A stretch of DNA of 53,558 nt from Thermomicrobiales bacterium (GCA_036563365.1 DATCMP010000489.1:1-53558); one strand, 5' to 3'; positions 37,747 to 47,364 are shown, counted from the stretch's first letter. The notes: generated by a model not told the origin, from the letters alone. Program-made: numbers and translations.

Positions 37747-38343
37747 ATGGAGATGACGAACGCGGAACCGGTGGCCAATATCGTCGGGGAACTGGTGACG
37801 CTGGGGCCGTTGCGACGCGATCTCGTGCCGACGTATCAGCGCTGGATGAACGACCTCGCGGTCGTGCGTAATATCGGCGCGATGCCGTTGCCGATGACGC
37901 TGGAGCGCGAGGAAAGCTGGTTCGAGCGCGCGGCGAAAAGTGACGACAGCTTCTCGTTCACGATCTACGGGCGGGCGAGCGGTACTTCGATCGGCAATAC
38001 CAGCCTGATGGGGCTCGATTGGCGTAGCCGTACCGCCGAGTTCGGCATCCTGATCGGCGAGGCCGCCGGTCGCGGCAAAGGCTACGGCACCGAGACCGCG
38101 CGACTGATGCTCGACTATGCGTTCGTCGCGCTCGGGTTGCATTCCGTCTACTTGCGGGTCCACGAGTACAACCTTGCCGGGCGTCGCGCCTATGAGAAGG
38201 CCGGCTTCCGCGAGTTCGGTCGCCGACGCCAGTCGCAGCAGATGGGCGGGAAGTTCTGGGACACGATCTATATGGACTGCCTCTCCAGCGAGTTCACCAG
38301 TCCGGTCCTGGCCGCTATCTTCGCGCCGGATACACCGCGCTGA
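37747..38343 (+). CDS. GNAT family N-acetyltransferase (RimJ/RimL-like)
   Basis: FGILIGEAAGRGKGYGTETARLMLDYAF acetyl-CoA binding motif, and RRAYEKAGFREFG. Confidence 0.8.
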   Translation: MEMTNAEPVANIVGELVTLGPLRRDLVPTYQRWMNDLAVVRNIGAMPLPMTLEREESWFERAAKSDDSFSFTIYGRASGTSIGNTSLMGLDWRSRTAEFGILIGEAAGRGKGYGTETARLMLDYAFVALGLHSVYLRVHEYNLAGRRAYEKAGFREFGRRRQSQQMGGKFWDTIYMDCLSSEFTSPVLAAIFAPDTPR

Positions 38344-38494
38344 GCGGCTGTCGATCGTCGAGGGGCACACAACGCGCTGCCCCCTGCCGTTCCTGGCTCA
38401 TCGCCGATGGCATGGGGGCTGCTAATCTTGCAGGGCCATTCGCCGGTGAGGGGCAACCGCTTGGTACAGGCTATCCCATTATGAGGAGTGAATA

Positions 38495-39517
38495 ATGGAG
38501 TATCGTTCCCTCGGGAAGACCGGGCTGCATGTCAGCGCGTTGTGCCTCGGCACGATGACGTTCGCGCGCGAGGCCGACGAGCCGACCAGCCACGCTATCC
38601 TCGACCGTTTTGTCGCGGCGGGGGGCAATTTCATCGACACGGCGAATGTGTATGGGCGCGGCGCTTCCGAGACGGTTGTGGGCAACTGGTTGCAAGGCAA
38701 ATCGCGCGATGACTACGTGATCGCCACCAAGGTTCGTTTTCGGATGGGCGAGAAGCCGAACGAGATCGGCCTGGGGCGGAAGCAGATCCGCGCGGCGATC
38801 ACGGCGAGCCTCAAGCGACTGAAAACCGATTACATCGATCTTTATCAGACCCATTGCTGGGACCCGGTGACCCCGCTCGAAGAAACCCTCTCCACGCTCA
38901 ACGACTTGATCCACGAGGGATTGGTGCGGTATATCGGCGCGAGCAATCACACCGGCTGGCAGTTGCAGAAGGCGATCGATACGAGCCGCCGTAACGGCTG
39001 GGAGCCGTACACTTGCCTCCAGCCGCAGTACAGCCTGCTCTGCCGCCAGACCGAGTGGGAGTTGCTGCCTCTCTGCCTCGAAGAGGGATTGGGTGTGATC
39101 CCCTGGAGCCCGCTGCGCGGCGGCTGGCTGACCGGCAAATATCATCGCGGGATGCAAGAGCCGCCGCACGGGACGCGCGTCGGCGATCAGGAAGACGGCA
39201 CAAGCTGGAACGCCAATAACAACGAGCACACCTACGCGGTGATCGACGCGCTGCTGGCGGTGGCGCAGGAGACCGAGCACTCCGCGTCGCAGGTCGCACT
39301 CCGCTGGGTATTGGAGGGCTCGACGATCACCGCCCCGATCATCGGCGCGCGGACCCTTGAGCAATTGAACGACAACCTGGGCGCGGTCGACTTCGCGCTC
39401 ACCGCCGAGCAGTGCCAGCGCCTCGATGGCGCGAGCGCGTTGGCGCTGCCATATCCCTACGACTTCATCACCGGCGCGGCGAAGCGCGACTTCGGTGTGA
39501 ATATCGGCGTGCGGTAG
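38495..39517 (+). CDS. Aldo/keto reductase
   Basis: [47 protein letters not shown]. Confidence 0.9.
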   Translation: MEYRSLGKTGLHVSALCLGTMTFAREADEPTSHAILDRFVAAGGNFIDTANVYGRGASETVVGNWLQGKSRDDYVIATKVRFRMGEKPNEIGLGRKQIRAAITASLKRLKTDYIDLYQTHCWDPVTPLEETLSTLNDLIHEGLVRYIGASNHTGWQLQKAIDTSRRNGWEPYTCLQPQYSLLCRQTEWELLPLCLEEGLGVIPWSPLRGGWLTGKYHRGMQEPPHGTRVGDQEDGTSWNANNNEHTYAVIDALLAVAQETEHSASQVALRWVLEGSTITAPIIGARTLEQLNDNLGAVDFALTAEQCQRLDGASALALPYPYDFITGAAKRDFGVNIGVR

Positions 39518-39550
39518 GGGGCGGACCTCTCCCCGCCGCTGCGGCGGCAA

Positions 39551-39625
39551 CCCTCCCCGACGCGGGGAGGGTGAAGGCCATCGTTTATGCAACGCTTCCC
39601 CCTCTCCTAGAATTGGGAGAGGGGG
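39551..39625. repeat. Two GC-rich hairpins (repeat family B) between convergent genes; likely terminators
   Basis: First hairpin: ccctccccg acg cggggaggg (39551-39571). Second: cccctctcc tagaattg ggagaggggg (39598-25), followed by a G-rich tail gggggtgaggg. A similar motif sits at 26950-27005. Confidence 0.55.
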
Positions 39626-39669
39626 GGCGAGCGCCGCGAGCCGGGGGTGAGGGCCGTACCTCCCGTCAC

Positions 39670-41055
39670 CTACTCCACATTGCTGAAAAGATTGTTGAGC
39701 GACTCCGCGAGGGTGGGATGGGCGAATGTCGCATCGCGCAGGGTGGTGTACGGCAGTTTGCCCATCATCGCGATTTGGATCATCGACATAATCTCGCCGC
39801 CTTCGAGCCCGAGGATCGCCGCGCCGACGATCTGATCGCTCTTCCCATCGATCAGCACCTTCATGAAGCCGCGCGACTCATCGACTTCGAGTGCGCGGGC
39901 GACGGAACTCATCGGCATCTTCGCGATCCGCACCTTGCGCCCCTGCGCTTTCGCCATTGTCTCGCTGAGTCCGACGCGACCGAGTTGGGGGTCGGTGAAG
40001 ACGGTGTAGGGGACTAAGCGATCGGTGGTCGTCGCGTCGCCGCCCTGAATTAAGTTCGTGCGAAGGATCCGGAAATCGTCGTAAGAGATGTGGGTGAAGG
40101 CCGGGCCGCCTTTGATGTCGCCGACCGCGTAAATCCCCGCCACATTCGTCGCCAGCCGCTCATCCACGGTGATGTAACCGCGCTTGTCGGTCGCGATCCC
40201 CGCCGCCGCGAGATTGAGGCGGTCGCTGTTCGGCGTGCGGCCCGCTGCCGCGAGGAGATGCGAACCGTGAATGGTGCGCTCACCATCGGCGTCGCGCACA
40301 GTCAAGACGACCCCGGCACCGTCGTGCGCGACTCGCGTGGCGGCTGTACCCGTCAGTACCGCGATCCCATCTTCGCGCAGGATGTCCGCGACAGCATCGG
40401 ACACGTCGGCATCCTCGCGGGCCAGCAGTCGCGCGCCGCGCTGCACGATCGTTACCGCCCCGCCGAGACGACGGAAGAGCTGGCCGAACTCCAATCCGAT
40501 GTAGCCGCCCCCGAGGATGATCAGGTGCTCCGGCACCTGATCGAGTTCCATGATCGATGTCGAGTTGAGATACGGCACCTCATCGATGCCGGGCAAGTTC
40601 GGGTGCCCCGGGCGTTCTCCGGCGTTGATGACGATCAGGTCGGCGTGGAGGCTGACGCTGCCGCCATCGTTGAGTTGCATCTCTACGACCTTCGGCCCGC
40701 TGAACGACGCCTCGCCGCGCAGCAGGGTGACGCCGTCGGTGCCGATCAATTGGCTCTCGCTCCCGCCGCGGAAGCTATCGACGATGTCGCGCTTGCGCTG
40801 ACGAATTTTCTGTTGATCGATCGTGATCGGCCCCATCTGCACGCCATAGTCGGCCCCGCGATGGGCGAGATACGCGACGCGCCCGCTGGCGATCATCGTT
40901 TTTGTCGGGGTGCAACCCTCGTTGATGCAGGTGCCGCCGACGTGCTCCCGCTCGACGATCGCGACGCGCTTCCCGGCCCCGGCGAGCGCCGACGCGAGCG
41001 GTCCCCCCGCCTGCCCCGCGCCGATGATGATGGCATCGTATTCCTGCGTCGTCAT
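39670..41055 (-). CDS. Class I pyridine nucleotide-disulfide oxidoreductase (RclA/MerA-core-like; no metal-binding N-domain)
   Basis: YDAIIIGAGQAGGPLA, redox-active GGTCINEGCTPTK, C-terminal HPTLAE dimerisation motif. Confidence 0.8.
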   Translation of the reverse strand: MTTQEYDAIIIGAGQAGGPLASALAGAGKRVAIVEREHVGGTCINEGCTPTKTMIASGRVAYLAHRGADYGVQMGPITIDQQKIRQRKRDIVDSFRGGSESQLIGTDGVTLLRGEASFSGPKVVEMQLNDGGSVSLHADLIVINAGERPGHPNLPGIDEVPYLNSTSIMELDQVPEHLIILGGGYIGLEFGQLFRRLGGAVTIVQRGARLLAREDADVSDAVADILREDGIAVLTGTAATRVAHDGAGVVLTVRDADGERTIHGSHLLAAAGRTPNSDRLNLAAAGIATDKRGYITVDERLATNVAGIYAVGDIKGGPAFTHISYDDFRILRTNLIQGGDATTTDRLVPYTVFTDPQLGRVGLSETMAKAQGRKVRIAKMPMSSVARALEVDESRGFMKVLIDGKSDQIVGAAILGLEGGEIMSMIQIAMMGKLPYTTLRDATFAHPTLAESLNNLFSNVE

Positions 41056-41205
41056 TGGCCCCTCCTTGAGTTTGCTGCGTCCTGGAATGTATCGACCGCA
41101 AGTCGGCCTCTATTGGGTGTGGATCTAGTATCGCAGAGAACGTGCTGCCACAGATTTGGGCCGACTGTCGAATGCAGCCGGGTATGGTTGCCTTGTCCCT
41201 CGCCG

Positions 41206-42132
41206 ATGCCGAACGCTATACTCAACTATGCCGCGACGATGCACGCAGGGGACAATGCGACTACACAACTGGTCGCGTGCGACGGCCTCCCCGTCGCGAA
41301 GGTAGTGAGGGCAGCGATGCAGCGACGCTTCCGTCAGGCGAAGATACCGACCGCCGCACAGTCGGGCGATGCCTTCTGGCGTCAGCTCGGCGCGCAAGAG
41401 CAACCACCGCCCCACGAATGCTCGGAACTCCTCCAGTGCGGGGAGATCACCGCCTACGAAGTCGTGCCGTGGGGCTCGAATTACACCTTCCTCGCCGCGC
41501 TCGCCGACAAAACAGGCGACCCGCGGATGATCGGCATCTATAAACCCCGTCAGGGCGAGGCCCCGCTCTGGGACTTCCCGGAGGGCACCCTCTATCGGCG
41601 CGAGTACGCGGCCTACCGGCTCAGCGTCTGGCTCGGCTGGGATCTGATCCCCGAGACGGTCATCCGCGAGGATGGCCCTTACGGCGTTGGCACGCTCCAA
41701 CTCTACGTCGAACCCGAAGACGAGACCCACTATTTCTCCTTGCGCGATACGCACGGTGACGACCTCAAGCGGATGGCGCTCTTCGATCTGATCACCAACA
41801 ATGCTGACCGGAAGGGTGGGCACCTCTTTAAGGGGAAAGACGGAAAGGTCTACGGGATCGATCACGGACTGACGTTCAATACACAGCCGAAACTTCGCAC
41901 GGTGATCTGGGATTACACCGGCCAACCGATCCCCGACAAGCTGCTGCACGACCTCGAATCGCGTTTCGGCGATCCCGAAGCGGTCGAGGCGTTGCGGGCC
42001 GAACTCGACCCGCTGCTCTCGAAAGCCGAGATCGATCGGTTCTTTAATCGGGTCGGGCGGGTACTCAGGATGCCCTCGTATCCCGGCTTTGGACCTGGGA
42101 ACACGCACCATGTGCCGTACGGGATTATCTGA
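41206..42132 (+). CDS. PI3/PI4-kinase-like protein (SCO1664-family-like)
   Basis: Catalytic-loop-like ITNNADRKGGHLF and IDHGLTF, plus GIYKPRQGEAPLWDFPEGTLYRREYAAY. Start uncertain (ATG 41206 or 41239). The upstream 1.1 kb of the track ORF is antisense to the oxidoreductase. Confidence 0.6.
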   Translation: MPNAILNYAATMHAGDNATTQLVACDGLPVAKVVRAAMQRRFRQAKIPTAAQSGDAFWRQLGAQEQPPPHECSELLQCGEITAYEVVPWGSNYTFLAALADKTGDPRMIGIYKPRQGEAPLWDFPEGTLYRREYAAYRLSVWLGWDLIPETVIREDGPYGVGTLQLYVEPEDETHYFSLRDTHGDDLKRMALFDLITNNADRKGGHLFKGKDGKVYGIDHGLTFNTQPKLRTVIWDYTGQPIPDKLLHDLESRFGDPEAVEALRAELDPLLSKAEIDRFFNRVGRVLRMPSYPGFGPGNTHHVPYGII

Positions 42133-42438
42133 GCGCGGAAAAGGACCAGGTTTAATCACAGCGCGTACAGAGAACAAAGGGCAGGGACGAGGGAAGACGA
42201 GAGAACGGCTCAAGGGCGAGCGGGCACGTTCCAGAATCCGCCGCTGGATTGTCTTTGGCTTGCTCCGTTGTTGTCTATGTCGGTGGTATGGCTATCAGGG
42301 TGGACTTGTTGTAAAGGTCGATGCCGATGACTCTCCCCGATCCCGTACCATTAGGTTATTGCCCCACGCGGCTCGCGGCGCATACTTAGAGGGTTAGCGT
42401 ACATCGTTGACCCTGTGCCCGGATGACCGTGAGGACGA

Positions 42439-43020
42439 ATGCAGGCTCGATCAGGAGATATACCCGCTGCTACCGCGGGTGCCGCCGTGTGGTGCAGCAC
42501 CTGTGGCATTCCCTATGCTCCGACCATGACCCACTGTTCGCACTGCGGCGCCCCCCTCGCCGTTAACACCGCCGACAACGCCGCTGGTGCGGTGTCCTCG
42601 GTGCCTGCCGTTTCGACACGCCCGATTACAACGTCGCCGGATGAGGTGCCAACGACGGTTGTCGCCGCGCCGTTGCCGTCGCTTCCGCCCGGCCCCTCAC
42701 CCAATACCCCGCTCGGTTTGCTCGGTCGTATCCGTCCGCGCCAACAGCCGATGAGTGATGACGAGGTCGATGCGACGGCGGCGGCGATCATCGCGCGAGC
42801 ACGGGCCGAAGAGTTGGGCGACGATGTAGCCCCCGTCCCGCGCGAGGCGCTCGATCTGCTGCAAGATTTCCTCCCCGATCCGGTCGTCCAACAAGCGTTG
42901 CAGGAGCGTCGCGAGCGCGATCGACTCTGGCTAATCGCCGGTGTCGTTTGCTGTATCTTGCTACTGCTCTTCGCGCTGGCGGTTAGTCGCTACATGTCCG
43001 TGGGCTTGCTCCGGCGCTGA
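42439..43020 (+). CDS. Zinc-ribbon protein with Pro-rich linker and C-terminal TM anchor (hypothetical)
   Basis: CSTCG..x10..CSHCG double CxxC motif, and terminal helix LWLIAGVVCCILLLLFALAV. Confidence 0.5.
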   Translation: MQARSGDIPAATAGAAVWCSTCGIPYAPTMTHCSHCGAPLAVNTADNAAGAVSSVPAVSTRPITTSPDEVPTTVVAAPLPSLPPGPSPNTPLGLLGRIRPRQQPMSDDEVDATAAAIIARARAEELGDDVAPVPREALDLLQDFLPDPVVQQALQERRERDRLWLIAGVVCCILLLLFALAVSRYMSVGLLRR

Positions 43021-43027
43021 GAGACGA

Positions 43028-43176
43028 TCACCGCGGAGGCGCGGAGCAAGAGAGAGCGTCGCCGAGCGGACGATCTCTTTCTCGATCTCTTCTCTGCGGC
43101 GCTCCTGCCCTTCTGCGCCTCCGCGTTCAACTTCGCCCCCCTCGTCTCTGTGTCCCTCTGTGTCTCTGCGGTGAAA
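43028..43176. repeat. Palindromic repeat family A, copy 2, plus an orphan degenerate right arm
   Basis: ccgcggaggcgcggagcaagagagagcgtcgccgag ... ctctgcggcgctcctgcccttctgcgcctccgcgttcaa (to 43130). An extra cgtctctgtgtccctctgtgtctctgcggtgaaaa follows at 43141-43176. Confidence 0.7.
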
Positions 43177-43232
43177 ACCTACGCCTTGCGCTATCATGTC
43201 GCTACGACAACGACGATAGGAAAGGGCATGGT

Positions 43233-44390
43233 GTGAGCGGGCAGGGCAACGTGGCGGATGTGATCGTCGTTGGCGGGGGCGTGATCGGCTCATCGATCGC
43301 CTACCACCTCGCGCGGGCTGGGGTTCGCACCGTGTTATTGGAGAAGCGCACGATCGCGGCGGCGGCTTCGGGGGCGAGCGCGGGCGGTGTGCGCCAGCAG
43401 GGGCGTGATCCGCGCGAATTGCCCCTCTCGATCCGCGCTTGCGCGCGCTGGGCGACCCTCGAAGACGAACTCGCCGCCGATGTCCACTACCGCCGCAAGG
43501 GTCACCTCTCGTTGATCGAGGATGAGGCGGATCGCCCGAACCTCGTCGCCGCGATCGAGCGACAGCGGGCGGCGGGGCTCAATATCGTCCTGGTCGAGGG
43601 CGATGATCTGCGCGAACTCGCCCCCGCCGTCGCCCCGCATCTCCTCGCCGGGAGCTACACCCCCGATGACGGCCACGCCAATCCCGTCCTGACGACGCAA
43701 GCCTTCGCCGCCGCCGCCGCGCGTGCCGGGGCGGAAATTCGTACCGGGGTTACCGTACGGGGGCTGGCGACCGAGGGCGACCATGTCGTCGGCGTCCTCA
43801 CCGACGACGGGGCGCTCGGGGCCGATCTGGTGGTCCTCGCCGCCGGAGCCTGGAGCAAGACCCTCGCGGCGGGTGCTGGTGTTGATCTGCCGCTCGCGCC
43901 GATGGGGCTGCAAATGATCCTCACCGAGCCCGCGCCGCCGTGTCTCGATCAGGTCGTCGGCTGCGTCGGCCGACGACTCAGCTTTAAGCAACTGCCCGCG
44001 GGCAACTTCCTGATCGGCGGCGGCTGGCCGGGCGATTGGAGCCTCGACGAGAGTCGCGGCACGACGCGGCTGGCGAGTATCTGGGGGAGCGCAATCACGG
44101 CGGCGGCGATCGTGCCGCCAGCAGGGAAAGTCGGGTTGGCCGACGCCTGGGTGGGGATCGAGGCCCGCGCCGCCGATGATGTGCCGATCCTCGGGCCGGT
44201 GCGCGGCGTGGAGGGACTGGTCGTCGCCGCAGGCTTCTCGGGGCACGGCTTCCAGCTCTCCCCGGCGATCGGTCAGGTGATCGCCGAACTGATCGCCGAG
44301 GGGGCGCCCTCGATCCCGCTCGACGCGCTGAACCTCGACCGCTTCGATGGGGTCGATCCGCAGAAGTTGGTGGCCCCATTCGCGGGATAA
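43233..44390 (+). CDS. FAD-dependent oxidoreductase (DAO family; sarcosine/glycine oxidase-like)
   Basis: DVIVVGGGVIGSSIAYHLARAGVRTVLLEK, and C-terminal GFSGHGFQLSPAIG. Confidence 0.8.
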   Translation: MSGQGNVADVIVVGGGVIGSSIAYHLARAGVRTVLLEKRTIAAAASGASAGGVRQQGRDPRELPLSIRACARWATLEDELAADVHYRRKGHLSLIEDEADRPNLVAAIERQRAAGLNIVLVEGDDLRELAPAVAPHLLAGSYTPDDGHANPVLTTQAFAAAAARAGAEIRTGVTVRGLATEGDHVVGVLTDDGALGADLVVLAAGAWSKTLAAGAGVDLPLAPMGLQMILTEPAPPCLDQVVGCVGRRLSFKQLPAGNFLIGGGWPGDWSLDESRGTTRLASIWGSAITAAAIVPPAGKVGLADAWVGIEARAADDVPILGPVRGVEGLVVAAGFSGHGFQLSPAIGQVIAELIAEGAPSIPLDALNLDRFDGVDPQKLVAPFAG

Positions 44391-44551
44391 GGCGCGATCC
44401 CTGCCCCCAATTGGGCGGGACGGCCGCCGACAGGAAGGGAACTTTCCGTAAACGCTCCTTGTCTGCAACACCTGTACCCGCCCAGCGTTGGGGCAGGGGG
44501 GCGATCATCCCCGTTTGCGCCGACCCTCGCGCTCGGCCATAATCCCTCCCG

Positions 44552-45919
44552 ATGGACAGTGCACTGCTTTTCAGTTGCCTCGGCGCGGTCGCCGCATTTG
44601 CGCTCGCGTTCGGCGGTGCGAGGATGTGGCCGCGTCGTCTGTGCGTCGCGTTGCATTGGCTGGCGGCGCTTGGGGCGATCGTGGCGGTCGGTCGCTTCGT
44701 CGCGTTTGTGATCGGCTGGTTGCCCGCTGATTCTCCGGCGAATAGCTATGACTTTAAGGTCTTCTACACCGCTGCTCTCGCCGCACGCGGGTGGGGTACT
44801 ACGCTCTATGATCTGAGCGGCATCGACCGTGATCCCGGCACGATCGTCGTCTTTCGGCACGCCCCGATCGGCGCGGGGCTGTTCGTGCCATGGACGCTGC
44901 TGCCGTATGGCGTTGCACTCAATGCGTGGCGGCTGCTCAACGTCGGCCTCTATAGCTGGACACTCTGGACGTTGCTGCGCCACTTCGGCTTGAATCTTCG
45001 TGCGCCGTTGGCGCTCGGGATCGCGACCCTCTGGTTCATTAGCACGCCGAGCCGCGACAGTCTGGCACTCGGCCAGTGGGACGCGCTGTTCCTCAACCTC
45101 AGCCTCGCCGCCATGATCCTCTACACCACGCGCCGGGATCGCGACTGGCTCGTCGGCGCGTTGCTGGCGCTGCCGATCGCGCTCAAGTTTTATCCGGCTT
45201 TGCTGTTGCTGGTGCCGTTCCTCGCGCGGCGCTGGCGAGTTTTGGGCGGTTGCGCCCTCGGTGGGGCAGTTGCTGTTCTGCTCGGCGCGCTGCTGGCCGG
45301 ACCGCGCAACACCTGGATCTTCGTCAGTGCGGTGATGCCAGCGGTCGGTGGCGGCACCCTCTACAACGAAAATCAGACTCTCTATGCGCTGATCGGTCGT
45401 TTGCTCGCCACGGAGTTACCGGGCAACGGTGTTGGTGCGGTCTACCCGGCTACGCTGACCCGCTTGCTCGCCAACGCCGTGGCGGTGCCGATCGTCCTCG
45501 TCACCGCGCTCGTAGTCTGGCGGCGCGGCGGCGGCGAACTGGCCGCGGCGCTCCGCTTCACCCTGCCGATCCCCGTCGCAATGCTGGTCATCCCGACCGC
45601 GTGGGCGCACTACTCGGCTTGGGCTTTGCTGCCGCTGGCTGTCCTCGCCATCGTCCTCGCCAGCGGCTCGCCGTCGCGTCCCTTGATCGCGCTCTTTGCA
45701 CTCGCGGCGACCCTGATTGTCCTCGGTTCGGAGCGCGATGTCTGGCGCGGTGCGACGCACGATGGCCCGATCCGTCTCGTTCTCACTTTTAAGGCGTATG
45801 GCCTCTTCCTGCTCTGGCTCGCGGCGGCGCTCGCGGCCTGGCGGATGAGGCCCGTGCCGTACGGCGGACCCGAGCGACGCCGTACCTCGCTGCTCTTTGG
45901 CCGCATCGAAGGCTTCTGA
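44552..45919 (+). CDS. Polytopic membrane protein, GT87/DUF2029-like glycosyltransferase candidate
   Basis: About 12 hydrophobic helices. The early loop DFKVFYTAALAARGWGTTLYD resembles the DUF2029 signature. Confidence 0.5.
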   Translation: MDSALLFSCLGAVAAFALAFGGARMWPRRLCVALHWLAALGAIVAVGRFVAFVIGWLPADSPANSYDFKVFYTAALAARGWGTTLYDLSGIDRDPGTIVVFRHAPIGAGLFVPWTLLPYGVALNAWRLLNVGLYSWTLWTLLRHFGLNLRAPLALGIATLWFISTPSRDSLALGQWDALFLNLSLAAMILYTTRRDRDWLVGALLALPIALKFYPALLLLVPFLARRWRVLGGCALGGAVAVLLGALLAGPRNTWIFVSAVMPAVGGGTLYNENQTLYALIGRLLATELPGNGVGAVYPATLTRLLANAVAVPIVLVTALVVWRRGGGELAAALRFTLPIPVAMLVIPTAWAHYSAWALLPLAVLAIVLASGSPSRPLIALFALAATLIVLGSERDVWRGATHDGPIRLVLTFKAYGLFLLWLAAALAAWRMRPVPYGGPERRRTSLLFGRIEGF

Positions 45920-46018
45920 GCGGTATCCCTGTCGATCAGGCGTCCCAGGCCCCTGTGGTACAATCGCCTCGTCGGCGCAGAGTGGCGCGAGACGTTGTAC
46001 GGACGCGGAGCGACGGGG

Positions 46019-47362
46019 ATGATCGAGAAGTACACCCGGCCGGCGATGGGCGCGATTTGGAGCGAAGAGCGGAAGATCGCCCTCTGGTTAAAGGTCGAAA
46101 TCGCGGTCTGTGAAGCTTGGGCCGAGGAAGGGGTCATCCCCGCCGAGGCGTTGCCCGCGATTCGCGCGGCCACGGTCGATCTCGACCGGATGCGCGAGAT
46201 CGAGCGCGAGACCGAGCATGACGTGATCGCCTTCTTGCGCGCCGCCGGCGAGACCGTCGGTCCCGATGCGCGCTGGATCCACCTCGGCCTGACTTCTTCG
46301 GATGTGATCGATACCGCCCTGAGCCTGCAAGTGCTCGAAGCGACCGATCTCCTCCTAGCGAATATCGAATCGACGCGCGAGGCGGTTGGCGCGCTGGCGT
46401 TGCAGCACAAGGACACCCCACAGATCGGCCGCACACACGGCATCCATGCGGAGCCGCTGACCTTCGGGCTGAAGCTGGCCGGTTGGTACGATGAACTGAC
46501 CCGGTCGCGCACGCGCCTTCTCGCCTGCCGTGAGGATATGGCCGTCGGGGCGATTTCCGGCGCGGTCGGTACGCACGCCAACGTACCGCCGAGCGTCGAA
46601 GAGCGGGTCTGTGCGCGCCTCGGCTTGCGTCCCGATCCGGTCTCGACGCAGATCATCGGGCGCGATCGCCATGCGGCGTTCATCGCGACCCTCGCCGTGA
46701 TCGCCTCGTCGCTCGATCGCTTCGCCACCGAGATCCGCCACCTCCAGCGGACCGAGGTCGGCGAGGTCGCCGAGCCGTTCGGTGCGGGGCAGCAAGGTTC
46801 TTCCGCGATGCCGCACAAGCGCAACCCGGTGCTGGTCGAGCGGATCAGCGGGCTGGCGCGTGTGATCCGCGGCCATGCGGTCACCGCGCTGGAAACGGTG
46901 CCGCTCTGGCATGAGCGCGACATCTCCAATTCGTCCGCCGAGCGGGTCATCTTCCCCGACGCCTGTATCTTGCTCGATTATCTCCTGGGGCTGACCGAAC
47001 GGGTCGTGCGGGGCATGGATGTTTATCCCGAGCGGATGCAGCGAAACCTCGATTCGACGCAGGGGATCGTCTATTCGCAACGCGCCCTGCTCGCACTAAC
47101 CGAGGGCGGGATGGATCGCCAGGACGCCTACAAGATCGTGCAGCGCGCGGCGATGCGGGCCTGGGCCGAGGGGACGCCGCTCTTCGATCTCCTCTCCGCC
47201 GATCCCGCCGTGACGGAGCGTCTGTCGGGCGACCGCTTACGATCGCTCTTCGAGCCGTCGTACCATCTCCGCTTCGTCGATGAAGCCTTCCGTCGCGCCG
47301 GTCTCCTGCCGCGCGAGGAGGCCGTGGTGCAACCGGAGCGCGTGGGCGTTGCGGATAAGTGA
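46019..47362 (+). CDS. purB: Adenylosuccinate lyase
   Basis: MIEKYTRPAMGAIWSEE, GLTSSDVIDTA, and GSSAMPHKRNP signature. Confidence 0.95.
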   Translation: MIEKYTRPAMGAIWSEERKIALWLKVEIAVCEAWAEEGVIPAEALPAIRAATVDLDRMREIERETEHDVIAFLRAAGETVGPDARWIHLGLTSSDVIDTALSLQVLEATDLLLANIESTREAVGALALQHKDTPQIGRTHGIHAEPLTFGLKLAGWYDELTRSRTRLLACREDMAVGAISGAVGTHANVPPSVEERVCARLGLRPDPVSTQIIGRDRHAAFIATLAVIASSLDRFATEIRHLQRTEVGEVAEPFGAGQQGSSAMPHKRNPVLVERISGLARVIRGHAVTALETVPLWHERDISNSSAERVIFPDACILLDYLLGLTERVVRGMDVYPERMQRNLDSTQGIVYSQRALLALTEGGMDRQDAYKIVQRAAMRAWAEGTPLFDLLSADPAVTERLSGDRLRSLFEPSYHLRFVDEAFRRAGLLPREEAVVQPERVGVADK

Positions 47363-47364
47363 CA

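Noticed and set aside
36799-38370. 523-aa minus-strand ORF spanning the pseudogene region and the GNAT gene
   Set aside because: It is extremely Arg-rich and low-complexity, and it overlaps the well-supported GNAT gene in antisense. Only a short stretch (..DPYRWLEEE) is real coding signal, and that belongs to the eroded prolyl-oligopeptidase relic.
40090-41205. First ~370 codons of the 680-aa plus-strand ORF
   Set aside because: It is antisense to the pyridine nucleotide-disulfide oxidoreductase and has no motifs. The recognisable kinase-like protein begins only around 41206-41239.
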